A stretch of 40,032 nt of DNA, taken from IMG/VR virus record IMGVR_UViG_3300045526_000085, positions 1 to 40,032 of that record; one strand, 5' to 3'. This DNA is from a virus. Lineage: Duplodnaviria > Caudoviricetes. Numbering within the stretch: position 1 is the stretch's first letter; each line of letters begins with the position of its first letter. The notes under the pieces are model-generated. The model ran no database searches. It worked only from the letters and a program-made list of their open reading frames with translations, and had not been told where the DNA came from. Both the position numbers and the translations under genes were made by a program. Positions 1 through 10,175 of the stretch are shown here, in pieces.

Positions 1-3000
1 TTTCCACCAGACCGTCCTCATCCATTGAGATCTGATCCACTTGGTAGATGTTGCATTTGGTGTTGTCCAGTCGCACGGTGAACAACGAACCGAACAGCGT
101 TGTATCTGCAGTGGCACCGTTCGTCACTGTGATCTGCGTCAGCCGCACATCCGAATCACCAGCGCGGTAGGCGAAGATGTCATAGGTGCCGCTCAGCTCA
201 CCGGCAAGGCTGGTCACGTTGCCGCTTGCGTCGATCACGCCATTGTTGAAGGACGCATCAGGCGACGCCTTGGTGATCACGCGGATGTATTGCCCTGGCG
301 CGAGGTACAAACCTTCCGGCGTGGTCTTGAACGACACGGTATGCGTAACGCGACGGCGCACGCTGAGCAGATAACGCGCAACTAAGAACGCCTGCTCGCG
401 ATACGTGCAGAATGCGCTCATGTCGTAGGTTTCCATCTTGGCCTGATTGAACTCATCCGTGTTGTCAGCCCAGACGACCATCATTGAGCGCTGCTCTGGC
501 AGTTGGTTCTTGGTGCCTTCGCGGTATGTCATCACGGCGCGGAAACTCTGCCGACTTTCGGCTTCTAGATAGTTCACCGCAAAGGTGTCTTCGATGATGT
601 TGCCGGATGTGAACAGCGCCGAAATCTGCACAGCACCTTGCCGCAGGCTGCCGTCAGTTTCAGTTGGCAATGCCGGCTCAACGGTGAACTTACCGTTGGA
701 GATAACGAAGTTGCACAAGTGCAGCGGTGCTAGCTGGCTGATGTATTCGCGGACGTTGACTTGCTCTTCAATCACACCATCAAAATAGATCTCGTTCTGC
801 ACTAGGAATCGCGAAGTGCGGTAGAAGCCAGCGGTGTCGATCAATTCATCTGATACACGACGACCGACGCCTGCGCGTGGGTCTGTCAGCAGGAAATAGA
901 CGAGATCGGAGAACTTATTTGCTGCGCCGACATCGCCCTTGTCAAAACGGAACGTGGATACACCTTCAGGTATCCACATCCGTACTTGATCCAGTGTTGT
1001 GATCGACCGGCTCGACCGCAGCGCCATGCCGAACATGGTGATGCTGTTGTAGGTCGGTCGTTCTTCGTTAGTGACGCTTTCGTTTACGTAAACGATCTCG
1101 TGCTCTGGCGATGAACTGTTGGACTTCTCCAACTCCTCATAATGCGAGACATCAGCGATCTGGCTAGCCAGCTCAAACCAACGCTCAAGCGTGTTGGGAT
1201 CACCGGGAATGTAAACGTTGTCATGCACAACACGCAGACGCGGGCCAACGTTGCCGCCACGTGTAAAGTCGTTGTTGACAAATGTGACTGCATCAAAGAT
1301 GTGGTTGTTCGGTGGTTCATCAGACCAGCCAATGATCGTCATCCTTGACGGGTTTTCCCATTCCCAATCGCTCAGCGGGTTCTCTGGTCGGTAGATGCTG
1401 CGAGCGGTGATTCTGACACGAACAGTTTTGTTGAACGCCCAATCCAGTGTGATGTCAACACTGCGTTCTTGGCCTTTGTAGTCGGAGGCGTAACCAAGGT
1501 AATGCGTGTGCCATCCGCCGAACTTGCCTTGCGTTACAGATGATGGCAACCATTCCTCAACCACAAGCCTTGCCGCTTGCGTTGCCCAGCGGCCTTCTAT
1601 GCCCTTAACGCCTTTAGTTCTAAACTCAGCATTGGCGCGAACATCAATAGCGGCGACAACAGTCCCCGTCGTGGTGATGCGAAACGTGCCGTAGCGATTG
1701 GTGTAGTCGGCGCCAATCAGCTGCCCACCATTTGCGTTGAGGCGCCAAAATTCTGTATTGTCAGGGCTGAACTGCCGTACATCAGCGCCGCTCTTAGGAA
1801 TGAAGCGGTACTCAAACTGGCCAGGGATGCGACTCTTGACGCGGATGTAGTTGTACTTATCAACCGGCGATTGGCCAGTAATGCAGAACTGCTCGCCGAT
1901 TGGCTCCCACTCATATGGCAGGCCATTCGGCTGCAATCCAACAGGCCTCAGGGCGATGGTGAATACAGTTGTGCGTGAAAAATACTTTGTCTGCGTGCCA
2001 CTGATGACGTTGACGCCATTGCGATCAAATCGTTTCAGCGCCGCTGGTGTTGGCACCTCCGGGAAATTGCAAAGCGCATTAGCGCGATTCCACACTTGTG
2101 ATTTGATGCCGAATTCAGTGGCATCAACCACGCGCTGATTGCGCACTGTCGCGAATGCAACGTGCATCAATGGAAAGAACGACGGTCCTATCCATTGCGG
2201 CGCGTAGGTTCCGCCGTCATAGCCGATCTCCCTGTTGATTGCTTGAATGCCGGCAATGCCGATCTCAACAGATCCGCCGGTTGTTTCAATGCAGCGCAGA
2301 TCGTAGTAATAGTGCCCGCGACCCTTCGCCCAACTGGATTGCGGCCGGTTGATCACTTGCCAGACCGTGCGGCCGATCATGAAGATCTCACCGATCTGTA
2401 GCTTGTCGTCAGCGTCTTCGCGTTCTTTGATCGTGCGTGATGTTTGATCGTCAAGTGTTACGCCGGACTCTTCGGCGAAGTTATTGCTGTCGATATACTC
2501 CTTGTCGGTGATCTCAAAGGTGACCGTATCACCGACTGAAACATTGACGCGAGTAGGCAGGTCGTAATTCGTGCCGTTATGGCGCATCAAGCCCATGAAG
2601 CAGCTGTAGCCAGCACCTTCGCCGGGCATGCCGCCTTCAACTGCATTGGCGGCGCCACCAGCAATCTTGCGCCGTGTTGCACGCAGACGCCGGTCTGGAT
2701 CATTGAAATCCGGGATCGAGATGACTTGCCAGTTGATCTTGTTGTGCGTACCGTTCTTGATTGGGTCATACACACCAAATGATGTGCTGCCGGTTGGTGT
2801 GTAGACCGAGCAGAAGCCCGTGTCCACCATCGCTGCCAATGTTGGGCACTGGAAGATGTCATCGTGCGGCTCTGGATCACCTGAATACGGCTGCGCCCGA
2901 GTGCCAGCAAACAGATCGGCGGCCTTCACTCGATTGTCGCCATCGCGGCTTGCCCAGTAGAACGCGAACTGCTCCGGCGGCAGCGATGCAAGCGGCATCG

Positions 3001-3568
3001 TGCCAAGGAAGATGCCGTTTACATCTGGGCGTGCCAGTGTGCTTTCGCCGACCACATACAGACCTTTGTAGCCCTGCCCGAAGCCATAGCTGAACATCCG
3101 GCTCCAGACCAGCGCCGGACTGACAAGAATGCCGCCAGTTGTATGCGTGGAACGCTCAACGTATCGCCCGAAGACAATTGGAATCGGCAGGCCGAATTGT
3201 GCAATGTCAGCTGAGCCTTCAAACCCAAAGGTTTGGTTGAAGCGGCTTTGACCATTGGCTGATGCCAACCGACGTGTACGACCTTCGCGTGGCGTCTCGG
3301 GCTTGATCTGTGGCGTCAGGAAGTACGACGCTGCGGTGAATGCTGCGCCAACGGCGAGGCTGATCAGAATCGAGGTCGTGACCGGATCACAGCGGATGTC
3401 CGGCACAAGGTCATATTCAGCCGGCCGTTCACGACTCAGCGCTGCAACTTGTTGCTTGTACCAGCGATATTCGTCTTCACTACAACCGATCGTTGCGATC
3501 AGCTCGCGTTCAAACGGGAGTAGTGGCGCACTGTATGCACGGGCTGCAACATCGCGGTAGGGCACCAT
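1..3568 (-). CDS. tail tip / host-specificity protein (lambda J-like), truncated at window start
   Basis: Absent from the ORF track because it has no stop in the window. Manual translation from ATG 3568 gives MVPYRDVAARAYSAPLLPFERELIATIGCSEDEY...PIPIVFGRY; the same frame reads ...YQVDQISMDEDGLVE at the window edge. Lies after the tape measure, L-like and NlpC-like genes. Confidence 0.8.
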   Translation of the reverse strand, partial: MVPYRDVAARAYSAPLLPFERELIATIGCSEDEYRWYKQQVAALSRERPAEYDLVPDIRCDPVTTSILISLAVGAAFTAASYFLTPQIKPETPREGRTRRLASANGQSRFNQTFGFEGSADIAQFGLPIPIVFGRYVERSTHTTGGILVSPALVWSRMFSYGFGQGYKGLYVVGESTLARPDVNGIFLGTMPLASLPPEQFAFYWASRDGDNRVKAADLFAGTRAQPYSGDPEPHDDIFQCPTLAAMVDTGFCSVYTPTGSTSFGVYDPIKNGTHNKINWQVISIPDFNDPDRRLRATRRKIAGGAANAVEGGMPGEGAGYSCFMGLMRHNGTNYDLPTRVNVSVGDTVTFEITDKEYIDSNNFAEESGVTLDDQTSRTIKEREDADDKLQIGEIFMIGRTVWQVINRPQSSWAKGRGHYYYDLRCIETTGGSVEIGIAGIQAINREIGYDGGTYAPQWIGPSFFPLMHVAFATVRNQRVVDATEFGIKSQVWNRANALCNFPEVPTPAALKRFDRNGVNVISGTQTKYFSRTTVFTIALRPVGLQPNGLPYEWEPIGEQFCITGQSPVDKYNYIRVKSRIPGQFEYRFIPKSGADVRQFSPDNTEFWRLNANGGQLIGADYTNRYGTFRITTTGTVVAAIDVRANAEFRTKGVKGIEGRWATQAARLVVEEWLPSSVTQGKFGGWHTHYLGYASDYKGQERSVDITLDWAFNKTVRVRITARSIYRPENPLSDWEWENPSRMTIIGWSDEPPNNHIFDAVTFVNNDFTRGGNVGPRLRVVHDNVYIPGDPNTLERWFELASQIADVSHYEELEKSNSSSPEHEIVYVNESVTNEERPTYNSITMFGMALRSSRSITTLDQVRMWIPEGVSTFRFDKGDVGAANKFSDLVYFLLTDPRAGVGRRVSDELIDTAGFYRTSRFLVQNEIYFDGVIEEQVNVREYISQLAPLHLCNFVISNGKFTVEPALPTETDGSLRQGAVQISALFTSGNIIEDTFAVNYLEAESRQSFRAVMTYREGTKNQLPEQRSMMVVWADNTDEFNQAKMETYDMSAFCTYREQAFLVARYLLSVRRRVTHTVSFKTTPEGLYLAPGQYIRVITKASPDASFNNGVIDASGNVTSLAGELSGTYDIFAYRAGDSDVRLTQITVTNGATADTTLFGSLFTVRLDNTKCNIYQVDQISMDEDGLVE

Positions 3569-3882
3569 GCCACCGCTTGCCTGGGCTTGCTGATGTGGAT
3601 CACGCCCTGCTGCCATACCACCCCGAATGTGTGCGCTTCTGTGGACAGCAACACCACGTCTCCGTCAAGTGTAGCTCTATCCACGCGGCGACCCCATTCC
3701 AGCAGTTCTCGCGCCACTTGCCGCCATGATGCGGTGTACCAATGCTGCGACGATCGCGGTCGTGGTATTTGCAGCTCATCCAACGCAAGCAATACAAGAT
3801 GGATGCAGTCGATTGCGCCATCAGCGCCGCTGCCATCAGCGCCGTAGCGATACGGTCTGCCGATTAGATCAGAAACGCACAT
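3499..3882 (-). CDS. NlpC/P60-like tail assembly protein (lambda K-like)
   Basis: DLIGRPYRYGADG...IDCIHLV and GDVVLL...FGVVW..GVIH motifs; position in the tail-tip cluster; start moved to ATG 3882. Confidence 0.7.
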   Translation of the reverse strand: MCVSDLIGRPYRYGADGSGADGAIDCIHLVLLALDELQIPRPRSSQHWYTASWRQVARELLEWGRRVDRATLDGDVVLLSTEAHTFGVVWQQGVIHISKPRQAVAWCPTAMLQPVHTVRHYSRLNAS

Positions 3883-4330
3883 AGGACGACGCTGGCAACC
3901 GCCCCACAAGCCGTTGGTGCAGCGAGCGATTGGGTACATCCGAGCTGACTGCATCGAGCACGCTGTTCAAACGCAGATTGATCGCGGTTTCATCCCATCC
4001 GCCGGCAGCGATCACGCCGGTATAACTGTGCAACAACTGCTGCGAGCCGGAGTTGTCTGGGTTGACGATGCAGACATCCACCGTCGCCACCCAGCTTTCG
4101 GTGACAGCTTGCCCGGCCCATGACCGGCTGAGTTCATTGTTCGGGAAGGTCAGCGCGGTGTCTACGTTGTCGCCTTTGATGTTGACCGCAACACCACTGA
4201 AGCCAAACGGCATGAAGCTGTGCAGATAGCTGCCGCGCTGCACACCAGATCGGATGTAGAAGTTCTGAAAGGCCAAGACGTTGCCATTGGCCTGCGTGAA
4301 GCGAACGAAATGACCGAGTGCGTACTGCAT
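3869..4330 (-). CDS. minor tail protein (lambda L-like)
   Basis: 153 aa between tape measure and NlpC-like gene; FMPFGFSG and LNSVLDAV..DVP motifs; overlapping stop/start. Confidence 0.6.
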   Translation of the reverse strand: MQYALGHFVRFTQANGNVLAFQNFYIRSGVQRGSYLHSFMPFGFSGVAVNIKGDNVDTALTFPNNELSRSWAGQAVTESWVATVDVCIVNPDNSGSQQLLHSYTGVIAAGGWDETAINLRLNSVLDAVSSDVPNRSLHQRLVGRLPASSYVRF

Positions 4331-7239
4331 TAGATCCCGATGCGACGGCGTGTTGTGCTGGACTGCTGCAGGCGGCGCAGTGTTGCCTGCTCACCACGTG
4401 TTGCACCTTGCTGCGCTGCCCGCGCCATGCCAGTGCGGAACTGATCAGCAGTCACGTAGTCCACGCTGTTGATCCGCTCCACGGTGTAGCGCACGTCGAT
4501 CGGTGCAGATGGTGCCGCTTCACCGCCGGCTGCTGCATCACTGCCGCCACTGCTCGGGATGACCGCCTCACCACGTGCGCCACGGCTGTAGCGGGCCATT
4601 GCGCTGGCCATCTTGCTTTGTGGGATGACGTACTCGGGCTCGCCGCCTTCGCCGATGAGCGCTTGCGTCGGACCGGTGACGAAACCGCCTTCGGCAAATG
4701 CCGGCCCGTAATAAGGCTTGCCGTTCGGCGCCTTTGCGCCTGGAGTACCGCGCGGGACGCTAGGACCACCGCTCAGGGCATTGAAGATGGACTGCAGCAA
4801 GATCAGCGTGAGCTGCTTGGCGATGATCTCAGCGGCCATGCTGATGAAGGCCTGGCCAATACCCTTGAAGGCATCAGCAAGCGCCTCTTGCGTGCTCTTG
4901 GCACCGGTTGCTACGTCTTGGAACGCTTGACCGAAGGCATCACCGATCGCTGTTGCGCCGCCCACGATGCTGTCAGTGGCGACCTTAAATGGATCCAGCT
5001 CTGCCTTCAGCTGTTTGATCTTTTCGCCGATGTTGTCCATGACGCTCGGCGTCCTGGCTTGTCCGGCAGTGGCGACACCAACGGCTTCATCACGCTTCTT
5101 GGTGAGCCCACCTTGCAGCTCTTGGATCCGCTCCAGCTCCTTGCGGTACTTGGCGATCTCAGTCGCTGATGCACCTTCCGCTTCGGCCTTGGTAACGGCA
5201 GCCTGCGCAGCGGCCAGCGCCGGCTGGAGCGCTTCCACGCTTGCCTCGTAGGCACGGTTGATCTCGATTATCTGCTTAGCAAGCTCAGCGTTGGTGCCGT
5301 TTTTGATCAGTTCGCCGTATTCACGCTCATAGGCAGCCTGATCCTTCAGCCGCTTGAGGATGTCATCCAACGGCTGCGTCGCTTGCCTGTTCAGGTCAAG
5401 GATGCGCTGCTCCAGCGTGAGGCTGCTTTGCTTATATTCCGCTGCTCGCGCCTGCTGCAGCAGTTGCGTCTCCTGCTGACTCTTGCTTTGCGCCAGCAGT
5501 TCGTTGTACTTCCGCTCGATCTCGGCGCGGGTGTTGCCGAAGGCGATAAACGCGGACTGGTATTCGTTCTGCGCACGCAGCAACGCCAGCTGGTTGTTTT
5601 GCGTGAACAGCAGATCCTGCGCTGACTTGAGCTGCTGCGCTTGCTGCTCAGCGGCGCGTTGGGCTTCTGCTGCTGCTTTGTCAGCTGCGGACTTGCCGCC
5701 GGCGCGGGTGCGGCCAGCGCGGCCACCACCTGCAGCGGCACCGCGTGGCAACGTGGCTGCAGCGGCTGCTCCACCGCCACCGGCGCCGGCTGTTGCCTCG
5801 CCGGCTGCTACGTCTTGCTTGAGCTGCGCTAGTTCCGCGCGGAGTGCGCCGAGACCAGTACCAGCAGCGCTGCGGCGCCCGGCTTGGCCGCCACGCCCAC
5901 CGCCACCGCCCGCGCCACCGGCTTGGCTTGTCTGCTGGCGTTCCGCAAGGCTGATCTGCTGCTGCAGTTCAACCATTCGATTCCGGCCACGCGCAAGATC
6001 TGCTGCTCCACCACCGCGTGCAGCAGCACCAACTGATTGCGATACGCGCTGCTGTTCGGTGCGGTAACTGCCAAGCGCTACAGCAGCAGCGCCAATGCCG
6101 GCTGCTAACGCAAACCACGGCCCAGCGGCTAGCAGCGCTGCCCATGCGCCAGTTCCCGCCAGTGCGAGCACTGCATTGATTGCCGGTGCTAGCGCCACAA
6201 ATGCAGCAGTCAGCCCGAGCACTGCCGCCGCCAGCGTCTTGACCGGCCCAGGTAACTGGCCGAATAGGCGCAGGATGTCGGTCGCAACTTGCACGATCGG
6301 TGTAATTGCCGGCAGCAATTCGCTGCCCAGTGCATTACTCAGCTCTTGCGTGGCATTACGGAATTCCTTGAACCGCTGCGCCGGCGACAGCTCTAGCAGT
6401 TCTTGGATTTTGTTTTTGTTTTCATCAAAGCCTTTGGCCAACGCATTGATCAATACATCAGATGTGATCTTGCCTTCACTACCGAGTTTCTTCAACTCGC
6501 CAACACTGACGCCAAGCTCTGCTGATACCAGCCGCAAGATGCCGGGCACCTGTTCGGCGATGCTGCGGAATTCATCGCCTTGCAGCGTGCCGCTGCCTAG
6601 TGCTTGGCTGAGTTGCAAGAACGCACCGCTCGCTGCTTCGGCTGACACGCCACTGGCGAGCGCCACAGCATTGAAGCCGTTGTAAACAACCTGGATCTGA
6701 TCCAGTGTTGTGCCAAGTGGCCTCAATCGCGCGTAAACATCAGCGACACCACTTGCCGCTTCGGTTTGTGATTGGCCAAAGGTTTTGGCTGACTGTGCAA
6801 CAAACTGCTGAACACGCTCGGTTTCGCCGTACTCCTTGCTCAGCAGTTTGAGCCGCAACTGCAGCTGCTCAGCTGATGCAGCGCCACGCACCATGCCGGT
6901 AACCAATGCGCCGGCACCGATGCTGGCGATGGCGCCGCCTACGCCTCGGAGCGCATCGGCTGCATTACGTGCTGCCTTGCCTTGCTTCTCAAGCCCAGCC
7001 GCTGCCGCTTCCGCAGTGGTTACAAACTGCCCGTTTTCCTTGCGTGCGCGGCCGGCAGCATCAATGAAAAACCGCATACCATTGGCAGCGGTTTGCATCT
7101 CACGGCCGACTTTGCCGGTGGCACCTTGCAGCTGCTCTGCGGCGCGTGCAGATGCGTTGGTTTGCGATTGAAACTGCCGCAGCGCTTGTGACGCACCGCG
7201 GGCGTCAACATCAATCTTGACGCCAGCAACGACAGCCAC
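4330..7239 (-). CDS. tape measure protein
   Basis: 969 aa, Ala/Gln-rich helical; tape-measure motif QLSQALGSGTLQGDEFRSIAEQVP; C-terminal FAEGGFVTGPT..LIGEGGEPEYVIP; follows the tail chaperones. Confidence 0.95.
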   Translation of the reverse strand: MAVVAGVKIDVDARGASQALRQFQSQTNASARAAEQLQGATGKVGREMQTAANGMRFFIDAAGRARKENGQFVTTAEAAAAGLEKQGKAARNAADALRGVGGAIASIGAGALVTGMVRGAASAEQLQLRLKLLSKEYGETERVQQFVAQSAKTFGQSQTEAASGVADVYARLRPLGTTLDQIQVVYNGFNAVALASGVSAEAASGAFLQLSQALGSGTLQGDEFRSIAEQVPGILRLVSAELGVSVGELKKLGSEGKITSDVLINALAKGFDENKNKIQELLELSPAQRFKEFRNATQELSNALGSELLPAITPIVQVATDILRLFGQLPGPVKTLAAAVLGLTAAFVALAPAINAVLALAGTGAWAALLAAGPWFALAAGIGAAAVALGSYRTEQQRVSQSVGAAARGGGAADLARGRNRMVELQQQISLAERQQTSQAGGAGGGGGRGGQAGRRSAAGTGLGALRAELAQLKQDVAAGEATAGAGGGGAAAAATLPRGAAAGGGRAGRTRAGGKSAADKAAAEAQRAAEQQAQQLKSAQDLLFTQNNQLALLRAQNEYQSAFIAFGNTRAEIERKYNELLAQSKSQQETQLLQQARAAEYKQSSLTLEQRILDLNRQATQPLDDILKRLKDQAAYEREYGELIKNGTNAELAKQIIEINRAYEASVEALQPALAAAQAAVTKAEAEGASATEIAKYRKELERIQELQGGLTKKRDEAVGVATAGQARTPSVMDNIGEKIKQLKAELDPFKVATDSIVGGATAIGDAFGQAFQDVATGAKSTQEALADAFKGIGQAFISMAAEIIAKQLTLILLQSIFNALSGGPSVPRGTPGAKAPNGKPYYGPAFAEGGFVTGPTQALIGEGGEPEYVIPQSKMASAMARYSRGARGEAVIPSSGGSDAAAGGEAAPSAPIDVRYTVERINSVDYVTADQFRTGMARAAQQGATRGEQATLRRLQQSSTTRRRIGI

Positions 7240-7265
7240 AGCACAACCCTCCTGATACGGTCAGT

Positions 7266-7451
7266 CTATCGCCGCCGTTTCATTCGCTGATCTTGTTCTT
7301 CATTGCGCAGATCATAGAACACAGACCACAAAATAACCTCTTCTAGTGTCATTTCGCGCATAAGTTTGGCTAGCGAATAGCCGAGTTCATGCGCGATATT
7401 CATCTGGAGGAGTAACAGCTTGTCCTTCTTTAACTCAGCCTTTAGTGCTTT
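7266..7451 (-). CDS. tail assembly chaperone C-terminal extension (gpT-like frame), probably reached by frameshift
   Basis: Open frame KALKAELKKDKLLLLQMNIAHELGYSLAKLMREMTLEEVILWSVFYDLRNEEQDQRMKRRR* fills the gap between chaperone and tape measure and overlaps the chaperone 3' end. Confidence 0.7.
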   Translation of the reverse strand, partial: KALKAELKKDKLLLLQMNIAHELGYSLAKLMREMTLEEVILWSVFYDLRNEEQDQRMKRRR

Positions 7452-7782
7452 TCATGTCGGTGATTTCTTCCTCCTCAGGGTTCTGGATCACGGCCAACAT
7501 CATGGCCTGCAGGTCAGAGTCCTGCACCTCATTGCGCAATTCCGCAATCTCACCAGCCTGAAACAACCGCTTGCCGGTGTCGTCCATTGCTTTGAGTACC
7601 AGCAGGTTCAGCGCGAAGCCGTTGGCATCATCACCACCGGGCATCTTCTGCGCACGCTCGCGTTCGGCCATCGTGAGCGGTGCCACCCACATCTCCAGCG
7701 CCGAGCCATCGCTCAGCGTTACGGTGCGCTTGGTGGGCGTGAAGTTAGCAGCTTTCTTGAGACGAGCGAGAGCTGAGGACAT
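7435..7782 (-). CDS. tail assembly chaperone (gpG-like)
   Basis: 115 aa between major tail protein and tape measure; PLTMAERERAQK and D.TGKRLF motifs. Confidence 0.8.
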   Translation of the reverse strand: MSSALARLKKAANFTPTKRTVTLSDGSALEMWVAPLTMAERERAQKMPGGDDANGFALNLLVLKAMDDTGKRLFQAGEIAELRNEVQDSDLQAMMLAVIQNPEEEEITDMKSTKG

Positions 7783-7817
7783 CGAAAAACAGTGAGTTTG
7801 GCTCTACTTTAGCCATG

Positions 7818-7842
7818 AAAAAAGCCCCCGGCTAGCGGGGGC
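7818..7842 (-). terminator. intrinsic terminator after major tail gene
   Basis: Minus strand GCCCCCG-CTAGC-CGGGGGC followed by TTTTTT. Confidence 0.85.
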
Positions 7843-7861
7843 CTTCATTGCATTGCCGGGA

Positions 7862-8620
7862 TCAGGCGGAAGTGCTGAAGTCAAACGTCGGCACACCAGC
7901 CGGGCGGAAGGTGATCTCCACCTGCTGCGCATCATCGGGGTTGATCGTTTGGCTAGCGGTCAGCAGCACAGCATCCATCGTGATCGAGCGACTCAGTGCT
8001 TCGCTGCTTTGCTTGTCGGTATAAAGCCGGAAGGCGCAGCCAGTTTGCTGACGCTGCAGTACGTCTTCCACCATGCGGTTAGACAGCGCTGCATCATCAT
8101 TGGTCACAAAGATGGTGGCGGAACCGGAACCATCCGCGAAGCCAGGGATATAGGCGCGGAACGGTGCATACTGCCCACTCGGCTGGCCGATGCTGGTTAC
8201 ATCAATCTCAGCGCGGCTGATCTCAAAGCTCCAGCTCTGCACCTGCCCAACAGCAGCGAAGTCGGCATAGGCCACCTGGAACTCATTGGGGGCTGCAGCG
8301 GTGCCAGTGGTGGTGAGATCAACAGCAGAGCCACCTTCAGTGGCGCTCACCTTCAGCACACCAGTAGCGGCGGTGTAGCTGATCACGTAGTAGGTGGTGG
8401 CAGCGGTCAAACCAGCAGGCAGCGTGCCGGTGCCGGTGCCGCCGGTCTGACTGTTGACCACCGAAAACACCACCGGATCGCCAATGCGGAAGCCAAGGTA
8501 CGGCGCAACGGTGATCTCATCGTCGGTAGTATCAACGCCGGCAGTGCCGAACGTACCGGTAGTGCCGGCGGGTTTGTAGTAAAGGGCGCCGGACGTACCG
8601 GACAAAACAGTGACAGCCAT
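7862..8620 (-). CDS. major tail tube protein
   Basis: VGQVQSWSFEISRAEIDVTSIG...YIPGFADGSGSATIF tube motif, with an inserted Thr/Gly-rich beta domain near the N-terminus. Confidence 0.85.
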   Translation of the reverse strand: MAVTVLSGTSGALYYKPAGTTGTFGTAGVDTTDDEITVAPYLGFRIGDPVVFSVVNSQTGGTGTGTLPAGLTAATTYYVISYTAATGVLKVSATEGGSAVDLTTTGTAAAPNEFQVAYADFAAVGQVQSWSFEISRAEIDVTSIGQPSGQYAPFRAYIPGFADGSGSATIFVTNDDAALSNRMVEDVLQRQQTGCAFRLYTDKQSSEALSRSITMDAVLLTASQTINPDDAQQVEITFRPAGVPTFDFSTSA

Positions 8621-8644
8621 TGTTGTGAACGGTAGTGGCTAGGA

Positions 8645-9046
8645 TCAGTCTAAATAGGCCTCAAACGTAACCGTAAGTTGCGTCTGGTAATACGGCTCCG
8701 GCGATGCTGGTGTTACCTGTGCTGGCCCCGATGCAGCGTCAAAGATGATGCCGCTGATCGTCTGCCGGTCGAACAATGCACGAATGCGCTCAGCGATCGT
8801 GAAGTTTGCGCCGGTGCCGGTGCCGATTGGGGTGTAGACATTCACCACCAGCACACCGGTTTGGCGATTGATGGTCTTCAACGTGGCATAGCTGTTGTCG
8901 CCAAGGCGCAAGAACACCTGCAGCCACGGCGCACCATTCGGCGGCGTGAACGGTGCGTTCTGATAGCTCACTGGATACGACGGCGCCTTAGCCATTTCCG
9001 CCGCGATGCGGCCCTCGATCGCTGCGCGGATGGTGTTGTAACTCAT
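8645..9046 (-). CDS. tail terminator / tail completion protein
   Basis: 133 aa directly upstream of the tube gene; YQN.PFTPP...PW and G.LVVNVYTP.GTG motifs. Confidence 0.7.
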   Translation of the reverse strand: MSYNTIRAAIEGRIAAEMAKAPSYPVSYQNAPFTPPNGAPWLQVFLRLGDNSYATLKTINRQTGVLVVNVYTPIGTGTGANFTIAERIRALFDRQTISGIIFDAASGPAQVTPASPEPYYQTQLTVTFEAYLD

Positions 9047-9441
9047 GGCTGCCTCCCGATGCGGTCAGCTTCGGTGCGGACGTAGGTCTGCATATCCTTG
9101 GCAATCACTTGAATCCAGCCGGCCGGCGCTTGCTTGCTGCTGCCATTAGCGAGCGGTTCTGCATACGGCAGATTGTTGTGCACGCTGTAGACGTTGCCGA
9201 GGGTTTCCTGTTGGTAGTTGGTGCGTGCCAGTGGCGGTGTTCCGCTGTAGGTGCCGGGCGGTGCGCCTTCACCACTTGCGCTGTTCTCGCCCACCTGCCA
9301 GCTCACGCGAAAGCGGCCCGTGTCAACCGGACTGGCTTGCTTCACGCGGCTATCAGTCTCCAGCACCGCCACGCGCAACAACTGCTCGACCTTGCCCGCT
9401 GCGTAGTCGCCGATCTGACCTAGCCGGATGGTGCGTGCCAT
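9043..9441 (-). CDS. HK97 gp10-like tail completion protein
   Basis: SPVDTGRFRVSW and NNLPYAEPLANGSSKQAPAGW motifs. Confidence 0.85.
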   Translation of the reverse strand: MARTIRLGQIGDYAAGKVEQLLRVAVLETDSRVKQASPVDTGRFRVSWQVGENSASGEGAPPGTYSGTPPLARTNYQQETLGNVYSVHNNLPYAEPLANGSSKQAPAGWIQVIAKDMQTYVRTEADRIGRQP

Positions 9442-9797
9442 TATGCCCTCAGGATCAACTCATGGATGATCGGCTGGTTATCCTGCTCGGTGGTGGTGAC
9501 GCGGATCACCTGATGCACAATGCCGCCGATGATGACGCGATCAGCAGCAGTGGGTGGCGCTGCTACGTCGGTAGCCGCGATCGTCAGCCGTTTGTCAGTG
9601 GATTGGATCAGATCGTTCACTTCGCTCAGGTTCACGTCTTCCACCACTCCACGCACGGTGGTATCAGCAGTGGTTTCGCTAATGGTGCCGGTAGTTGGGT
9701 TATAGACACCAGTGCTGATGCGCTGAATGGTGACCACACCGCCGAAGCGTGCCATCAGCTTGCCGGCGGTCTTGCGTAGCGATGTAGCGAGGCTCAT
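9441..9797 (-). CDS. head closure / head-tail adaptor protein
   Basis: 118 aa beta-rich; G.YNPTTG and IQSTDKRLTI motifs; position upstream of the gp10-like gene. Confidence 0.7.
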   Translation of the reverse strand: MSLATSLRKTAGKLMARFGGVVTIQRISTGVYNPTTGTISETTADTTVRGVVEDVNLSEVNDLIQSTDKRLTIAATDVAAPPTAADRVIIGGIVHQVIRVTTTEQDNQPIIHELILRA

Positions 9798-9819
9798 GGC
9801 AGCAGATTAGCCGGGGACA

Positions 9820-10173
9820 CTACGACGGCGCCAATGAGTATGACTTGTCCAAATGATGCTGTGCCATTAGTGTCGACAGCTCCGCTGCATGCTGCTCGGT
9901 GAGTTGCACTTGACTGAGCAACAGCCAGATCGCGCCTTGCAATGCGCCAGGATTAACTCTGTTCGCCATTGCATCTTGAATTGCGGAGACGAACACCGCC
10001 AAGGCCCGCGCTAGCTCCGCCGTGGCCGGCATCTGGAGTACCGCTTGATAGGTGGCGCTGCTCAGCAAAGCGGCGTAGAAGCCTTGGTAGTCGGGCCTCG
10101 GCGGGTCGCCTTCGCCGTGATCGATAACAGCAACCACGTTGCCTGCGTTGTCGATGAGATATGTCTTGCTCAT
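9820..10173 (-). CDS. hypothetical protein (possibly fibre-associated)
   Basis: 117 aa ORF tightly packed after the fibre gene on the coding strand. Confidence 0.55.
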   Translation of the reverse strand: MSKTYLIDNAGNVVAVIDHGEGDPPRPDYQGFYAALLSSATYQAVLQMPATAELARALAVFVSAIQDAMANRVNPGALQGAIWLLLSQVQLTEQHAAELSTLMAQHHLDKSYSLAPS

Positions 10174-10175
10174 GA

